Positions 31,895-32,000 of a DNA stretch of 32,000 nt are shown in pieces. The DNA lies in assembly GCA_963663995.1 (NCBI GenBank), contig OY760660.1, positions 210,001 through 242,000 on the forward strand. The letters are read 5' to 3'. Each line of letters opens with the position of its first letter. The stretch's first letter is position 1. This stretch comes from Erysipelotrichaceae bacterium. GTDB lineage: Bacteria > Bacillota_I > Bacilli_A > Erysipelotrichales > Erysipelotrichaceae. A model generated the notes under the pieces. It worked only from the letters and a program-made list of their open reading frames with translations. It made no database searches and was not told where the DNA came from. Made by a program: the position numbers and the translations under genes.

Positions 31895-32000
31895 ATGAAT
31901 TTTATAGATCAAAGATGGCTGGCTTATCTAGCTCACTTTCATGCAGATCGCGATTATTACGCCTGTCATGATTATTTAGAAGAATGGTGGTTCGAATTAG
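31895..32000 (+). CDS. DUF309-like protein, N-terminal fragment that continues beyond the window end
   Basis: The ATG at 31895 opens MNFIDQRWLAYLAHFHADRDYYACHDYLEEWWFEL.., which remains open to the window end. The F-x-x-x-DYY-x-CH-x-x-LEE-x-W pattern resembles DUF309. TATACT (31882-31887) lies 7 nt upstream. Confidence 0.45.
   Translation, partial: MNFIDQRWLAYLAHFHADRDYYACHDYLEEWWFEL

Noticed and set aside
31870-31968. An alternative 32-codon ORF (MNFEYTITYEFYRSKMAGLSSSLSCRSRLLRLS*) starting at 31870, which overlaps the DUF309-like start in another frame.
   Set aside because: It begins inside the T-run of the guaA terminator, has no RBS and has low-complexity Ser/Leu/Arg content. The other frame carries a recognisable DUF309-like motif and stays open to the window end.
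1-32000. A window-wide search for mobile elements, CRISPR arrays, tRNA/rRNA genes, long direct or inverted repeats, and defence or toxin-antitoxin cassettes.
   Set aside because: I saw no spaced direct repeats, integrase, transposase or recombinase motifs, or cloverleaf-capable conserved tRNA boxes. The largest non-coding gap is about 110 bp. The gene content is core metabolism and cell envelope throughout, and AT-richness looks uniform by eye, so there is no obvious island.

Overview
Visibly AT-rich, very tightly packed low-GC Firmicutes-type chromosomal segment (standard genetic code, GGAGG-type ribosome-binding sites, hairpin plus T-run terminators). I support about 31 protein-coding genes on both strands. 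I found no rRNA, tRNA, CRISPR array, IS or transposon, integrase, or recognisable defence or toxin cassette. Intergenic gaps are all about 110 bp or shorter, which leaves no room for riboswitches or T-boxes. Most of the content is housekeeping. It includes a partial class II photolyase, a YerC/TrpR-like protein, an AEC transporter, serC-serA, a C26 amidotransferase with proB-proA, and two HAD phosphatases. It also includes a short Sfp-like PPTase, a flavodiiron protein, a DUF1287 protein, an aminotransferase, YggS, a GH13 alpha-glucosidase and Bcp. The remainder is a U32 (YrrN/YrrO-like) pair with a TrmH-family methyltransferase, guaB-guaA, and a DUF309 gene start. Three things stand out. (1) A MurT/GatD-like pair (17599-19685) appears to have all three residues of the inter-subunit glutaminase triad substituted (Cys->Thr, His->Val, MurT Asp->Asn). 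This suggests a peptidoglycan D-Glu-modifying ligase with a pseudo-glutaminase partner. (2) An 8-kb envelope locus (4576-12595) carries three MacB/FtsX-type ABC modules, an embedded anmK, and a kinase-less membrane protein with five PASTA repeats that is translationally coupled to one ABC module. (3) The IMP dehydrogenase naturally lacks the CBS/Bateman regulatory subdomain. In addition, four genes have a TATAAT/TATACT box exactly 6-7 nt upstream of an SD-less ATG, which makes them leaderless-mRNA candidates. All functional calls come from motif recognition by eye. No database search was run, and the alignments to reference proteins are from memory and need verification.
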